Origin: a virus
Lineage: Duplodnaviria; Caudoviricetes
Strand: one strand, 5' to 3'
IMG/VR virus record: IMGVR_UViG_3300031867_000044
Coordinates: 3,226-67,225 of that record
Length of the DNA: 64,000 bases
Below are positions 7,700 to 16,680 of the stretch, piece by piece. Positions within the stretch are counted from its first letter, which is position 1; each line of letters begins with the position of its first letter. Made by a program: the position numbers and the translations under genes. The notes below the pieces were generated by a model. The model saw nothing but the letters and a program-made list of their open reading frames with translations, searched no databases and was not told the DNA's origin.

Positions 7700-7860
7700 A
7701 GTCCTGCCTCCTTCCTGATAATGTCGTTAATAAATGCTGTGCGCGACTTGCTGCCACGGTTCTGGCAAACCCATTCATATAGGTCTTTTTCGATATGAAA
7801 ATTAATGGGTTTTACCTCCTTCTCCTTCTCGGGTCTTCCTCTTCTTCTTGATTCTGCCAT
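7696..7860 (-). CDS. 54-aa ribbon-helix-helix/CopG-like protein
   Basis: MAESRRRGRPEKEKEVKPINFHIEKDLYEWV...SRTAFINDIIRKEAGL; ATGA-coupled to the recombinase; not in the ORF track. Confidence 0.65.
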   Translation of the reverse strand: MAESRRRGRPEKEKEVKPINFHIEKDLYEWVCQNRGSKSRTAFINDIIRKEAGL

Positions 7861-7884
7861 GATTTTATAAATTTTTGGTTAATA

Positions 7885-9561
7885 TTATGCTGCTTCAATC
7901 AGTTCGCAAACGTCGCTATTCGACGGGCGGAACTTTTGCAAAACGGTTGTTATATTGATGTCAAAGTAACCGCCGTTTATCCATTCGAAAATAACGAAAT
8001 TGTCAGTAACGGACGCGATACGCTGTGATACGCTGCCGTCGGTGATTATGCGGCCTGCCTCCAGCCATGTCGGGAGGGTCATGCGATGGTCTGCCGTCGC
8101 TTTCAGCTCTGACAGGGAACACCATAATTTTATGCCGCCTTTGCCGGATAGATACGCGATCGTGCGTTTTATCTCATCCACATGGCAAATAATCACCTCG
8201 CCTGAAAGCGTCTTATATTCGACATAAGAGCCTTTTTTGACTTGCTTAATACAATCATCCATGATAAAAAGATTCTCAGCTGTACGGGCTTTATTTGCGC
8301 TCTGGACGGCTTGTTTTTGCTCCTTGGTGCTGCCTTTCGCGAAAATGGTCTTCACATCGTTTAATATCTCGGCTTTCGTCTTCACTCCAGACGTGCAAAA
8401 AATATCTGTCTGCCCGTTTGATGCGTCGTTTGCCTGGTGGTTATAGACGGCAATAATGCGTTTTAACGCGGTGGCCCGGTCGTCGTTGATGGCATCGGCC
8501 AAAATCATGATAACAGGGTTTTTAAAGTCGCTGACAGTCTCGGCCGTGAATGCGTCTATCTGCCTGGCGTAGTCGCTTACTCTCTCGCCTGCCTTGTAAC
8601 CGTGCGAGCGTGCCACGTAAGCCAGTTTTACGGCCTCTGTGAGCTCGTTTGTTAGTGCGTAGGCATCCGACAGGGATAGACAGTTTACAAGCTCAGAGAG
8701 CGCGAAAACAACTGATTTTCGTAGGCTTTTATATTCCGTTATCATCCGCGCACAATCGGGGAAGGATGCGAACGCCCGGCCGATTAAGACATTTTCCAGC
8801 GTTTCACGCCCTTGGCCGCTGATCGTGTCGCCGTCAAACATGGCCGCGTAGCTCATCGCGTCAACGATGCCAACGCCGCGCAGCTCATTAATACATTTTG
8901 TCGCTGCCTCGGTACATGCGTAAAAATCGCCCAGTGTTTCGAAAGCGTTAATAATTGCAAGAATACGGCCGAATGTCGCATTATCTATCAATTTGCCGTA
9001 TTTTACGGCCTGTTCCGTCTTGCTCTGGCTCTTCTGCTCTGCCTGGTTGAAGCGTGCGAAGGTGGCCGCGGTGTATGGCATCGCGTCACGGGTGACGAAC
9101 AACAAACGAGGATGCGCGAAGGCTGTCACCTGCTCAGGCGTGAACCCGAACAAAGCACAGCAGCCGCGCAAATGGTTAATGTATGCGCCATCCGTACCGG
9201 CTTGGGCTGCCAGCTCTCCGGCCATCGTGCGCCCGTTGCCGCTCATTACCACGCCATCAGGCGAGACGATGACGGGATTTTGAAGGGCCCGCCCATCATA
9301 GCCCGACGCAATTTCACGGGTGATCCGCTGGGCATCCTGGTCGCGCTGGTAGTCCCTATCGTTGACACTGCCGCCGTTCTCATCCGTCGGGAACCCATCA
9401 GAAGGCGCAAAGCCTTGGAGCGCGTTATGTGATGGCGTGCAGCTTCCGCACTCGGTCAATATATAACGGCCTGCAATCTGTCCACCGTCGGCCAGTATTA
9501 CAACGTTTTCGGCTCCTTCAATCTTCCGGGCGTTTGCCCATCGTGTTTTTATTGTGTTCAT
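7885..9561 (-). CDS. ddrB-like ParB-domain protein (polyvalent-protein type)
   Basis: RY...TPSH...NDRDY...PVIVSPDGVVMSGNGRTMA...FNQAEQKS motif order of the ddrB-ParB family. Confidence 0.7.
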   Translation of the reverse strand: MNTIKTRWANARKIEGAENVVILADGGQIAGRYILTECGSCTPSHNALQGFAPSDGFPTDENGGSVNDRDYQRDQDAQRITREIASGYDGRALQNPVIVSPDGVVMSGNGRTMAGELAAQAGTDGAYINHLRGCCALFGFTPEQVTAFAHPRLLFVTRDAMPYTAATFARFNQAEQKSQSKTEQAVKYGKLIDNATFGRILAIINAFETLGDFYACTEAATKCINELRGVGIVDAMSYAAMFDGDTISGQGRETLENVLIGRAFASFPDCARMITEYKSLRKSVVFALSELVNCLSLSDAYALTNELTEAVKLAYVARSHGYKAGERVSDYARQIDAFTAETVSDFKNPVIMILADAINDDRATALKRIIAVYNHQANDASNGQTDIFCTSGVKTKAEILNDVKTIFAKGSTKEQKQAVQSANKARTAENLFIMDDCIKQVKKGSYVEYKTLSGEVIICHVDEIKRTIAYLSGKGGIKLWCSLSELKATADHRMTLPTWLEAGRIITDGSVSQRIASVTDNFVIFEWINGGYFDINITTVLQKFRPSNSDVCELIEAA

Positions 9562-9562
9562 C

Positions 9563-9685
9563 TTATTTCTCGTTAAATATTATAACCGCTATTAATGCAA
9601 TTGCAAAGGCAGGCAGCACCCACCACGGGAGGAGGGCGAACCCTATTATAACTAACAGGATCGCCCAGAGAATTAACCCTAACAT
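9563..9685 (-). CDS. 40-aa very hydrophobic peptide
   Basis: MLGLILWAILLVIIGFALLPWWVLPAFAIALIAVIIFNEK; fits exactly between its neighbours. Confidence 0.65.
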   Translation of the reverse strand: MLGLILWAILLVIIGFALLPWWVLPAFAIALIAVIIFNEK

Positions 9686-9686
9686 A

Positions 9687-9878
9687 TTATTTTATCATAT
9701 AATAGTCGTTACTATAGCGCAAAAAGTTTTTAATGTCGCTTTCGGTCCAGTACTCCGAGAAGTCGCGGCCCTGTGGGTTACTCCTATATTTGGCCGTGAG
9801 TTTGTTGTTGTCATAACGGCGGATTGTGTATGTTTTCCGGCTTCTGTTTAGTCTGATAGTATATTTAATTTTATTCAT
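9687..9878 (-). CDS. small basic hypothetical protein
   Basis: Start reassigned to MNKIKYTIRL. Confidence 0.6.
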   Translation of the reverse strand: MNKIKYTIRLNRSRKTYTIRRYDNNKLTAKYRSNPQGRDFSEYWTESDIKNFLRYSNDYYMIK

Positions 9879-9882
9879 AGCT

Positions 9883-10068
9883 TTATAATTTATGTGATGT
9901 TGAAAATACTTTTTTCCCTGTTTCGAAGTTGTAAACCTCGGCATCCGTCGGGCGGCCTGCCATCCTGAAGGCCTCGGACATCCCGCAAGCGTAGGCGCGT
10001 GCCTCTTTTGTTGTTGCGGTAATCTCTACCCGGTGGCCACCTGCAAAAATTTCAAATTGTCTTACCAT
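9883..10068 (-). CDS. hypothetical protein
   Basis: 61-aa ORF in the operon. Confidence 0.6.
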   Translation of the reverse strand: MVRQFEIFAGGHRVEITATTKEARAYACGMSEAFRMAGRPTDAEVYNFETGKKVFSTSHKL

Positions 10069-10094
10069 GGTTTTAAAAAATATTTAATGTTGAA

Positions 10095-10409
10095 TTATGA
10101 AACATAGTAATTATATAAAGATTGCGCCATTATTCCGGCTGCATTCGTCGGTAATTCGTTTAAACCTTCAATCGTGTTACCGTTCACGTCTTCACGTTTA
10201 TCGTTAATTTCAAGGTTCATCCGCGTGATATTAATAAAATCTTCACATTCGGAGTAAATATCGTTGATGTCGGTAATTATCATGTCACTATCTTCGCCTT
10301 TGTAAAGGCTTTCAACGGGATCGCACCAACAAAGAAGCACGCGCCCGGGGGCATCGGTATTGATAAAATGCCATTCGTAATAAGTTGGGATAAATGCGTA
10401 ATTTGCCAT
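10095..10409 (-). CDS. acidic hypothetical protein
   Basis: 104-aa ORF in the operon. Confidence 0.7.
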   Translation of the reverse strand: MANYAFIPTYYEWHFINTDAPGRVLLCWCDPVESLYKGEDSDMIITDINDIYSECEDFINITRMNLEINDKREDVNGNTIEGLNELPTNAAGIMAQSLYNYYVS

Positions 10410-10453
10410 AATTATTTATTTTATTTTGTTGTTACTTCGTCTTTCGCTCTCTG

Positions 10454-12280
10454 TCATTTTATGCTGGTCGCGCCGAAGTTTGCGGCGCGGTAGTTTGCGG
10501 CGTCCTGGTCGTTGTCAGCAGGGGCGGCGGTGGTGTCTTTGGCCTCGGTGGTGGGTTCGGGCTGCTCATCCTGAGCAACTCCGAACCACTGGCGCAACTG
10601 CTCCACGGCTTCGGGCGTGGTGGCTTGCCACTGCTGGGCGTCGCGGTTCCATTGCGCGCCGTGCGCCTTGATGGCCTTGCGGTTGCGGTAGGTCGTGCGG
10701 CTGTCACCAACTACGGCCACGCCGTCGGCAATCTCTACCAGCTCCAGACCGTCGGCGGGGGCGTTCTCGTCGATTGTGGCGGCCTCTGTTGTGTTGGCCT
10801 TGCCGTTGGTCGGGTCGGTCGGTGTCGTGGGATCCTGGGGCTTCTGTGCGGAAAAGTCGCAGATGTAAAAGGCGATGCTGGCAACGTTTGAGGCGGTGAG
10901 CGTCTGGCGGTAGTTGGCCAGGCGGTGGGCCAGTTCGTGGGCATCGCAACCCAGACGGGCGGCCACGGCTTGCAGTTCGTCGGCGGTCCACTCGCGCGGC
11001 TCGTTGTCAGCTGCTGCCGGTACGGTCTCGACGATGGCGGCCAGCATTGCGGCGGCGTTTTCGTCGCTCTGCTCGCGGTCAACCTTCACGCCGCCGTAAT
11101 TGCAGGCAAAAAACTTTTCCGAAAATTCGGTAAATTCGTGTCGGTCGAAGTCGGCGCAATCGGTCATACCGTCGAAGGTGTAGGCGATGGCCTCAAACAA
11201 ATTAAGGTCGGTTTCTTCCTCGAAGCGGTCGCGGGTGGGGCCGTCGTAGTATGTCAGATCGTAGGCACTGCCCCAACCATGGTTAACAGTCACCGAGAGA
11301 CGAAGGCCGGGGAAGGCTGCGCGAACCATTGCCGACACATTGCCACGGCGGGCGGCCTGGAGCTTGCGGGCGGCTGCCTTGGCTTCCTTGCTGCGGTAGC
11401 CGTATTTGTCGGCGGCTGCCTTCTCAGCGGCCACGAGGGGGCGTAAATCGGTCATCAGGTGCGCCCACTTGTTGCAGCGCTCAACGTATGCGGCCAGACG
11501 GTCGGCGGCCTGCTGCTCGGCCTCTCTGCGCTCCTGCTCTTCGCGGTCGGCTTTCTTCTGCTCGGCGGCGGCCTTCTCGGTGGCGAACTGCTCGCCCCAG
11601 TTGGTCGGCATGAGGATGTAACGGGCGTAACTGTAGCCCTCGGCGTCGATGAGGAACCAACGGCCGGAGGGGTCAACCACGGCGGCGGCTACGGTGTACC
11701 ATGTTTTGTAATTGTCGAAGAAGTCCGTGAAATTGTCGTCGTCGTTGCGACTGCCTCCGGGGAACTCCTCGCCCTTCTCGGCGGCGGCCTTTACCAGTTC
11801 ATCAGCCAGCGACGGGCGCAGGAAGTCGGCGGCGGTGGCGTTGATCACTCTTTCCACGCATACGAGGCGGCGGCGGACGTCGTAACCCTCCACAGCGTCG
11901 GCAATGACACCGGCCACGCCCTGGCCGTCGTTCTTTAACCCTGTTTCTACGGCCCAGACAAACGAACCGGCCACGGGGGCGGCGTTGCGCTGCTCGTTTT
12001 GGTTAGCTTCTGCCACGTGGGCGGCGTGATGGGTAGCGGCGTATTCCTTCGCCTTGTCAGCCATGCGGCGGCGGGCTTCCACTTCGGCGAGTGTTACGGT
12101 TTGGGCTCCGAAGTCCTCAACGAAGGCGAGACGGTTAACAGGCGACATGATGCCGCACCAACCGCAAACGCCCTGTCGCATTGTGCCGCCTTGCGCGTTG
12201 TATTCTGTTACTCGTGCTTCATTGCTGAAAATGTTTACTAACTCTGCTACAATCTGGTTAAATGTTACATTCGTTTTCAT
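10454..12280 (-). CDS. LPD29-domain large polyvalent-type protein
   Basis: VRAAFPGLRLSVT...YYDGPT...FDGMTD matches the LPD29 pattern; C-terminal LELVEIADGVAVVGD...GAQWN module. Confidence 0.7.
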   Translation of the reverse strand: MKTNVTFNQIVAELVNIFSNEARVTEYNAQGGTMRQGVCGWCGIMSPVNRLAFVEDFGAQTVTLAEVEARRRMADKAKEYAATHHAAHVAEANQNEQRNAAPVAGSFVWAVETGLKNDGQGVAGVIADAVEGYDVRRRLVCVERVINATAADFLRPSLADELVKAAAEKGEEFPGGSRNDDDNFTDFFDNYKTWYTVAAAVVDPSGRWFLIDAEGYSYARYILMPTNWGEQFATEKAAAEQKKADREEQERREAEQQAADRLAAYVERCNKWAHLMTDLRPLVAAEKAAADKYGYRSKEAKAAARKLQAARRGNVSAMVRAAFPGLRLSVTVNHGWGSAYDLTYYDGPTRDRFEEETDLNLFEAIAYTFDGMTDCADFDRHEFTEFSEKFFACNYGGVKVDREQSDENAAAMLAAIVETVPAAADNEPREWTADELQAVAARLGCDAHELAHRLANYRQTLTASNVASIAFYICDFSAQKPQDPTTPTDPTNGKANTTEAATIDENAPADGLELVEIADGVAVVGDSRTTYRNRKAIKAHGAQWNRDAQQWQATTPEAVEQLRQWFGVAQDEQPEPTTEAKDTTAAPADNDQDAANYRAANFGATSIK

Positions 12281-12304
12281 AATCTTATATTTTTAGGTGG
12301 TTAA

Positions 12305-12400
12305 TTACTCGGTTATATCTTTAAAAATCTGCTGCCACTCGTCAGGTGTTAAACCTGTGAAAATAACGATAGCGATTGAAATAAACAGAAATAAAGCCAT
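12305..12400 (-). CDS. 31-aa single-TM peptide
   Basis: MALFLFISIAIVIFTGLTPDEWQQIFKDITE, with an AT-rich leader. Confidence 0.55.
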   Translation of the reverse strand: MALFLFISIAIVIFTGLTPDEWQQIFKDITE

Positions 12401-12468
12401 AATTTAAGAATTTATTTGTACCTTTGCAGCCGTAACGCCGCAAAAGGTGTTATTTATTAGTTTTTTAT

Positions 12469-12505
12469 GTGCCCGCCGTCCGCGATGGATAACGGGCGCT
12501 TTTTT
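12469..12505. terminator. hairpin, possibly a bidirectional terminator
   Basis: GTGCCCG...CGGGCGC with a T-tract after the 3' arm and a T-rich stretch before the 5' arm. Confidence 0.4.
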
Positions 12506-13188
12506 TACTTGAATATACAAAGGGCATCCCACATTTTTACGTTAACATATCCCCACACAAAGCACACGGCGAAAACACACGGTACAGTAATAAAAAGGAG
12601 AGGAAAGACACCGGAACCAACGAGGCCGGAGACCGTGTTACCAGTGAGAGGCACCAGAGCGAAAGCGCCGGCGGATAACAAGACAATGAGAAGCACGCGC
12701 AACATTATAACGTTAAAACGTACCAGTAGCGCCGGAACCTTCTTAAATGCGGCTTTTATAGCATCTACAGCAGCAGGAACGACAGCGGCGGAAGACTCGG
12801 CGGCTGTCTCGTTGGCGCTCTCTTTTCCCTCGCTGACATTTTCGGCAACTTCGCGGGCCTCGATGACAGCAGCGGCGCGGCCTTTATTTAGACAGGTGTC
12901 AACTATAAGGCCAGGCACATAGTTAACGCGGGCGTGGTCGGGATCGTTAAAAAAGTCGCAAGAGGCTTCCCAGGCTTCGCGCGGGGTTAAACCATAACTT
13001 ATAAACTCGGCGTAAATAACCGCTAAATCCCAGTATAAAAACATCGTGCCGCCCCGTGCGTCCTCTACAAAGTAACCACCGGTCGAACCCTCGTACAAGT
13101 TCCCGTTTTCGTCCTTCTTTATTTCCTTGTAAAAAGAAGCGTAAACTTTTACGCCGTTTACAATCTTAAATAAATTACTCTTTTTCAT
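12505..13188 (-). CDS. hypothetical protein with two C-terminal TM helices
   Basis: 227 aa; first gene after the promoter at 13235-13265. Confidence 0.75.
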   Translation of the reverse strand: MKKSNLFKIVNGVKVYASFYKEIKKDENGNLYEGSTGGYFVEDARGGTMFLYWDLAVIYAEFISYGLTPREAWEASCDFFNDPDHARVNYVPGLIVDTCLNKGRAAAVIEAREVAENVSEGKESANETAAESSAAVVPAAVDAIKAAFKKVPALLVRFNVIMLRVLLIVLLSAGAFALVPLTGNTVSGLVGSGVFPLLFITVPCVFAVCFVWGYVNVKMWDALCIFK

Positions 13189-13234
13189 AATCTTCTTTTT
13201 TTAAGTGTTATTTATTAGTTATTATTTTATACTG

Positions 13235-13265
13235 CAAAGATAATACTATTTATTTAATGTACAAA
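13235..13265 (-). promoter_or_regulatory. consensus promoter for the leftward 7-kb block
   Basis: TATCTTTG (13242-13235) and TTTG (13265-13262), 19-nt spacer. Confidence 0.75.
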
Positions 13266-13374
13266 ATATTTAGGCTTAAATTTTCACCGAATATTAAAAA
13301 AATCGTCGTTTTTCTTGCAAGTAAGGAATTTAATGCTAATTTTGTAATCTCAGAATTTACAAAATTATACTTTT

Positions 13375-13905
13375 ATGGAGTATTCAGGACAAACCGAACT
13401 TTACAAAGCAAAATATAACCTGTCATTTAATGATGTGGTATTTGCCTACCTTCTTGCAGCTGGCATGGATCAGGCAGACGCACACCGCGCCGCCTTCCCA
13501 TCCAAGGCACCAACAACCAGGCAACGAGAAGAGGCAACAGCCGCGGAACTCATCCGGGCAAATCCTTCAATTCAATTATTAATACAGGAAATAAAACGGA
13601 AGGCATTTAAAGCCAGACAAGCACCAGCGGCAACACAAGCCCAGGAAATTTCAGAGGAAGAAAGAGAGAAATTTACAACGCGGAAGGGGCTAATTAACGA
13701 GCTGATTAAAAATTCTTTGACGCTGACGGGGAAAGAGCTCGGAAATAGCCTGCAGACGCTTGCAAAAATTCAAGGCTTTGACAAGCCCGACGACGGGGAA
13801 AATGAGGAGGAAAGACGGCGCTTTGTGCTTCGATGGCTGTCGAAGTGCCGAACCTGTAAGTTAATGCGGCTTTATATGGAGATCAGACAGGCCGAAGGGC
13901 TATAA
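13375..13905 (+). CDS. probable terminase small subunit
   Basis: N-terminal FAYLLAAG..A.A.RAAF...A.ELIRANPSIQ.LIQEI pattern seen in TerS; TAATTTTG promoter at about 13337. Confidence 0.5.
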   Translation: MEYSGQTELYKAKYNLSFNDVVFAYLLAAGMDQADAHRAAFPSKAPTTRQREEATAAELIRANPSIQLLIQEIKRKAFKARQAPAATQAQEISEEEREKFTTRKGLINELIKNSLTLTGKELGNSLQTLAKIQGFDKPDDGENEEERRRFVLRWLSKCRTCKLMRLYMEIRQAEGL

Positions 13906-13979
13906 ATGCAAACACGATGGCCCGGAAGGCTTTAAAAAGTGGCTTTGCATGCTATTTTATACCCATAAAATCAAGCGTG

Positions 13980-14200
13980 CCCGGCATCGTGCCCCCCTCG
14001 GGCTATAGGCCCACCCCCCAAAAGTGTATATATAAAAGGAACATTCGTCTCTCCTCGAATTTTTTCCCAAAATTTTTTTCTTTCAGATTTTTCTCCGGAA
14101 TTTTTCCGTTATTTTTACATTTAGTAGAAATTAACGGCGATTTGTTGTAGATTTTTACTAAAAATAAGGAAAAATTCTGGTAAGTTAGGATTTTGGGCAG
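13980..14200. other. candidate packaging-initiation or genome-terminus region
   Basis: C runs (GCCCCCCTCGGGCTATAGGCCCACCCCCC) just after TerS, then T-rich DNA and an abrupt switch to G/T-rich; no credible ORF from 13906 to 14648. Confidence 0.35.
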
Positions 14201-14583
14201 TTTGGTAAGGTGTTGTTGAGGGTGTTATTGCCAGTGGTTTTGTTGCAAAATTCATGTTATTTTAGTCGTAAGTATTTGTCTTGTTGCAAGTTAGCGATTT
14301 TTCATGAATGAATGTAGGGAAAAAGTTAAGCAGGGAAAAGTATTTTTATTTTTACAATAACTATGTTTATAAGAAGAAAAAAAGTGTCACAGGTCTTAGT
14401 TTTTTCTTCACACTTTTCATCATTTCTCGCTAACTTTTATCTATCTCATTGTTTTTCAGAGGGTTGCGTTTTTCTTGTTAACATATTTTAATGAATTTTG
14501 GATGAAAAGTTGTGGTGTTTTATGTGTATATTTATGTGAAAACAGTGAATTTTTGGTATAATAAAGTTTAAATCTTGGTGCTA

Positions 14584-14618
14584 TTTGTGTATTTAGTGCT
14601 TATATTTTCTTATCTTTG
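14584..14618 (+). promoter_or_regulatory. promoter for the replication operon
   Basis: TATCTTTG at 14611-14618, lying inside the inverted repeat GTGCTTA..ATT/AATATTTAAGCAC. Confidence 0.55.
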
Positions 14619-14648
14619 TAGTGAATATTTAAGCACAAGATTTTCATT

Positions 14649-15050
14649 ATGGTTCATGAGTATGTAGTACGAGGTCAGATACCTTCTAAGAGCAACTGTT
14701 ATAGGATTGTGACGATAGGCGGTCATGCTTCGTTGGCAAAGACGAAGGCGATGAAGGACTACGAGAAGAGTTTCTTCTTGCAGTGTGGCTGCAGGGGCAG
14801 GATGATTGATGGTTTCTTTGAGTTGTATGCTGATGTGTATTTTCAGAGCAACCAGCCAGACTTGGATAACTCGTTGAAGGGTTTGCTTGACTGTCTGCAG
14901 GGTTGCAAGGCTATCAAGAACGACCGTTACTGTGTGAAGGTGGTTGCGAACAAGTTTATTGACAAAAACAATCCTCGGATTGAGTTCAGTTTGGTTGAGG
15001 TTGGTGCTGTTGAGCGCAGGGACAGCCGTGAGCCTGAGTTGTTTGGGTGA
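14649..15050 (+). CDS. rusA: RusA-like Holliday junction resolvase
   Basis: GQIPSKSN, PDLDNSLKGLLD and IKNDR motifs. Confidence 0.8.
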   Translation: MVHEYVVRGQIPSKSNCYRIVTIGGHASLAKTKAMKDYEKSFFLQCGCRGRMIDGFFELYADVYFQSNQPDLDNSLKGLLDCLQGCKAIKNDRYCVKVVANKFIDKNNPRIEFSLVEVGAVERRDSREPELFG

Positions 15051-15053
15051 TGA

Positions 15054-15082
15054 GTCGTGACGCAGCCACGACCTACGTAGAA
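15054..15082 (+). repeat. hairpin repeat family, copy 1
   Basis: GTCGTGA-CGCAG-CCACGAC-CTACGTAGAA. Confidence 0.6.
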
Positions 15083-15098
15083 TTAATTTGATAGAGAG

Positions 15099-15404
15099 AT
15101 GATTACGTTTTATATTACTTCAAGTGTGTGGGAAAATCAAGATGTGGAATTTCTTGATTATTCTATCTTGACAGAGGCTGGTATTGCGAAGATGATTCAT
15201 GATAACCCTAACGGGTTTATTATGATTAAGCCATCCCCATTTTATTGTGCTTTCATAGAAAAGTTCATAGAACCATTTCTTGATAAGAATGGTTTTATAT
15301 GTGAAGGAGTATATAAGACCACTTTAAGCGGTGAAGTAGTTTATTTTAGGCTGATAGAGAATATCAATATGAAATTAGCAAGAGAAAAAAGGATGGAGGG
15401 CTGA
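15099..15404 (+). CDS. hypothetical protein (AT-rich)
   Basis: 101-aa ORF. Confidence 0.65.
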   Translation: MITFYITSSVWENQDVEFLDYSILTEAGIAKMIHDNPNGFIMIKPSPFYCAFIEKFIEPFLDKNGFICEGVYKTTLSGEVVYFRLIENINMKLAREKRMEG

Positions 15405-15408
15405 TAGG

Positions 15409-16089
15409 ATGAAGAAAACCATAAAAGCCAGATGCACGCAGAAAGTGTATGCAGAAGACACCTTGTTGTTCTGTAGTGGAGAAGTATATCAGTTTGAGGT
15501 GACTGAATTTCAAAGTTCTATATTTGATTGGCATGAGCAACCGTTGTATAAGGAGATAGATCAACCGTTAGAACCACGGATGTATCATTATCGCAGATAT
15601 GTAAACAAGCGAGGCCATTTCTCCTTCACATTCTACGATCGTTTCTATGCCGAACAATGCGGCGAACCGTGTTTTAAAGAGTGTTTTAATGAAATAAATA
15701 TGGAACTGACTTCAGAAAATGTTGAACGGATATTCAAAGAATGCCTGTCCGACGAAAGAAAGGGCGACAATGTGCGCCTCGTAGAAGCCGTGCGTGCCAA
15801 TGTAAAGATGGCCATGCGTCGTGACAAATTGAAATTCTATCAGGAGGAAATACAGGGTATGCTCATGCAACTACCTAGAAAATTTCGCGAGACGGACGGT
15901 GGCGGTTGGTCGTTTTTGAACCTTTGCACACGTGAGGACGGGGTGCAGTGGACGGGCAGCCACGCTATGATGGAGCAACTGGTGTGCATCGGTATCGGCT
16001 CTGGCAAGATGAAGTATCTGCTGCCGAAATCAATGTGGAACATTCTGCCTGGCGGTATGCCGTATTTGGCTGTGTTAGAAAATGTGTAA
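15409..16089 (+). CDS. hypothetical protein
   Basis: 226 aa; appears to have two domains. Confidence 0.75.
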   Translation: MKKTIKARCTQKVYAEDTLLFCSGEVYQFEVTEFQSSIFDWHEQPLYKEIDQPLEPRMYHYRRYVNKRGHFSFTFYDRFYAEQCGEPCFKECFNEINMELTSENVERIFKECLSDERKGDNVRLVEAVRANVKMAMRRDKLKFYQEEIQGMLMQLPRKFRETDGGGWSFLNLCTREDGVQWTGSHAMMEQLVCIGIGSGKMKYLLPKSMWNILPGGMPYLAVLENV

Positions 16090-16092
16090 GAT

Positions 16093-16314
16093 ATGATGAT
16101 TTACGTAAGACGTTTTTTGGTGGTGTTGTTTTTCATACCGCGAGTGCTGTTGGCTTTATGCGCCATGATAGTGCTGTTTTATTTCGATTTGGCTGCTTTT
16201 CCCGTTTATTACATTATGACTGGACGGTATTATGTTGACGATTTCAGTCCGCTTGGTATAGAAGTGGCAAAGTGGTTGTGCGGATATGGTTTCAAGTGGA
16301 AGGATAGGGTTTAG
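16093..16314 (+). CDS. small membrane protein
   Basis: Hydrophobic 73-aa ORF. Confidence 0.55.
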   Translation: MMIYVRRFLVVLFFIPRVLLALCAMIVLFYFDLAAFPVYYIMTGRYYVDDFSPLGIEVAKWLCGYGFKWKDRV

Positions 16315-16332
16315 GAGCGATACGGTGCTGAG

Positions 16333-16569
16333 ATGGGTGTGAGAAAGGGTGTTGCTGCGACACAGCCGCAGCCTGCGAGAAAGAAGAAGGAGGTGGTGCT
16401 GGTGTGCTGCCGTGACTGCAAGGAGTGTGTGGCTGTGATGGAGTTCCATACGCTGACGGTGCACGGGAGGGAGCCTACGCTGGGCAGATGCCCTTACTGG
16501 ACCGAGAGCAGGAGCTTTCTGCTGAGCCAGAGGATTGCCTGCGGGCATTTTCAGAGTGAGATGGAATGA
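16333..16569 (+). CDS. Cys-rich hypothetical protein containing hairpin repeat copy 2 (16354-16383)
   Basis: CCRDCKEC...C...C; repeat GCTGCGA-CACAG-CCGCAGC-CTGCGAGAAAG. Confidence 0.65.
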   Translation: MGVRKGVAATQPQPARKKKEVVLVCCRDCKECVAVMEFHTLTVHGREPTLGRCPYWTESRSFLLSQRIACGHFQSEME

Positions 16570-16680
16570 TTTGGGAACGGTTTGGGAAAGAATTGGGAAC
16601 GAATTGGGAACAGTTTGGTGAAAATGGGGAACAGTTTGGTGAAAATGGGGAACGGAACGGTGAAAATGGGGAACGGAATT
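16570..16680 (+). repeat. G-rich tandem repeats (21-bp unit GGGAACAGTTTGGTGAAAATG plus shorter units)
   Basis: Directly visible; GGTGAAAAT at 16617, 16638 and 16659. Confidence 0.85.
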
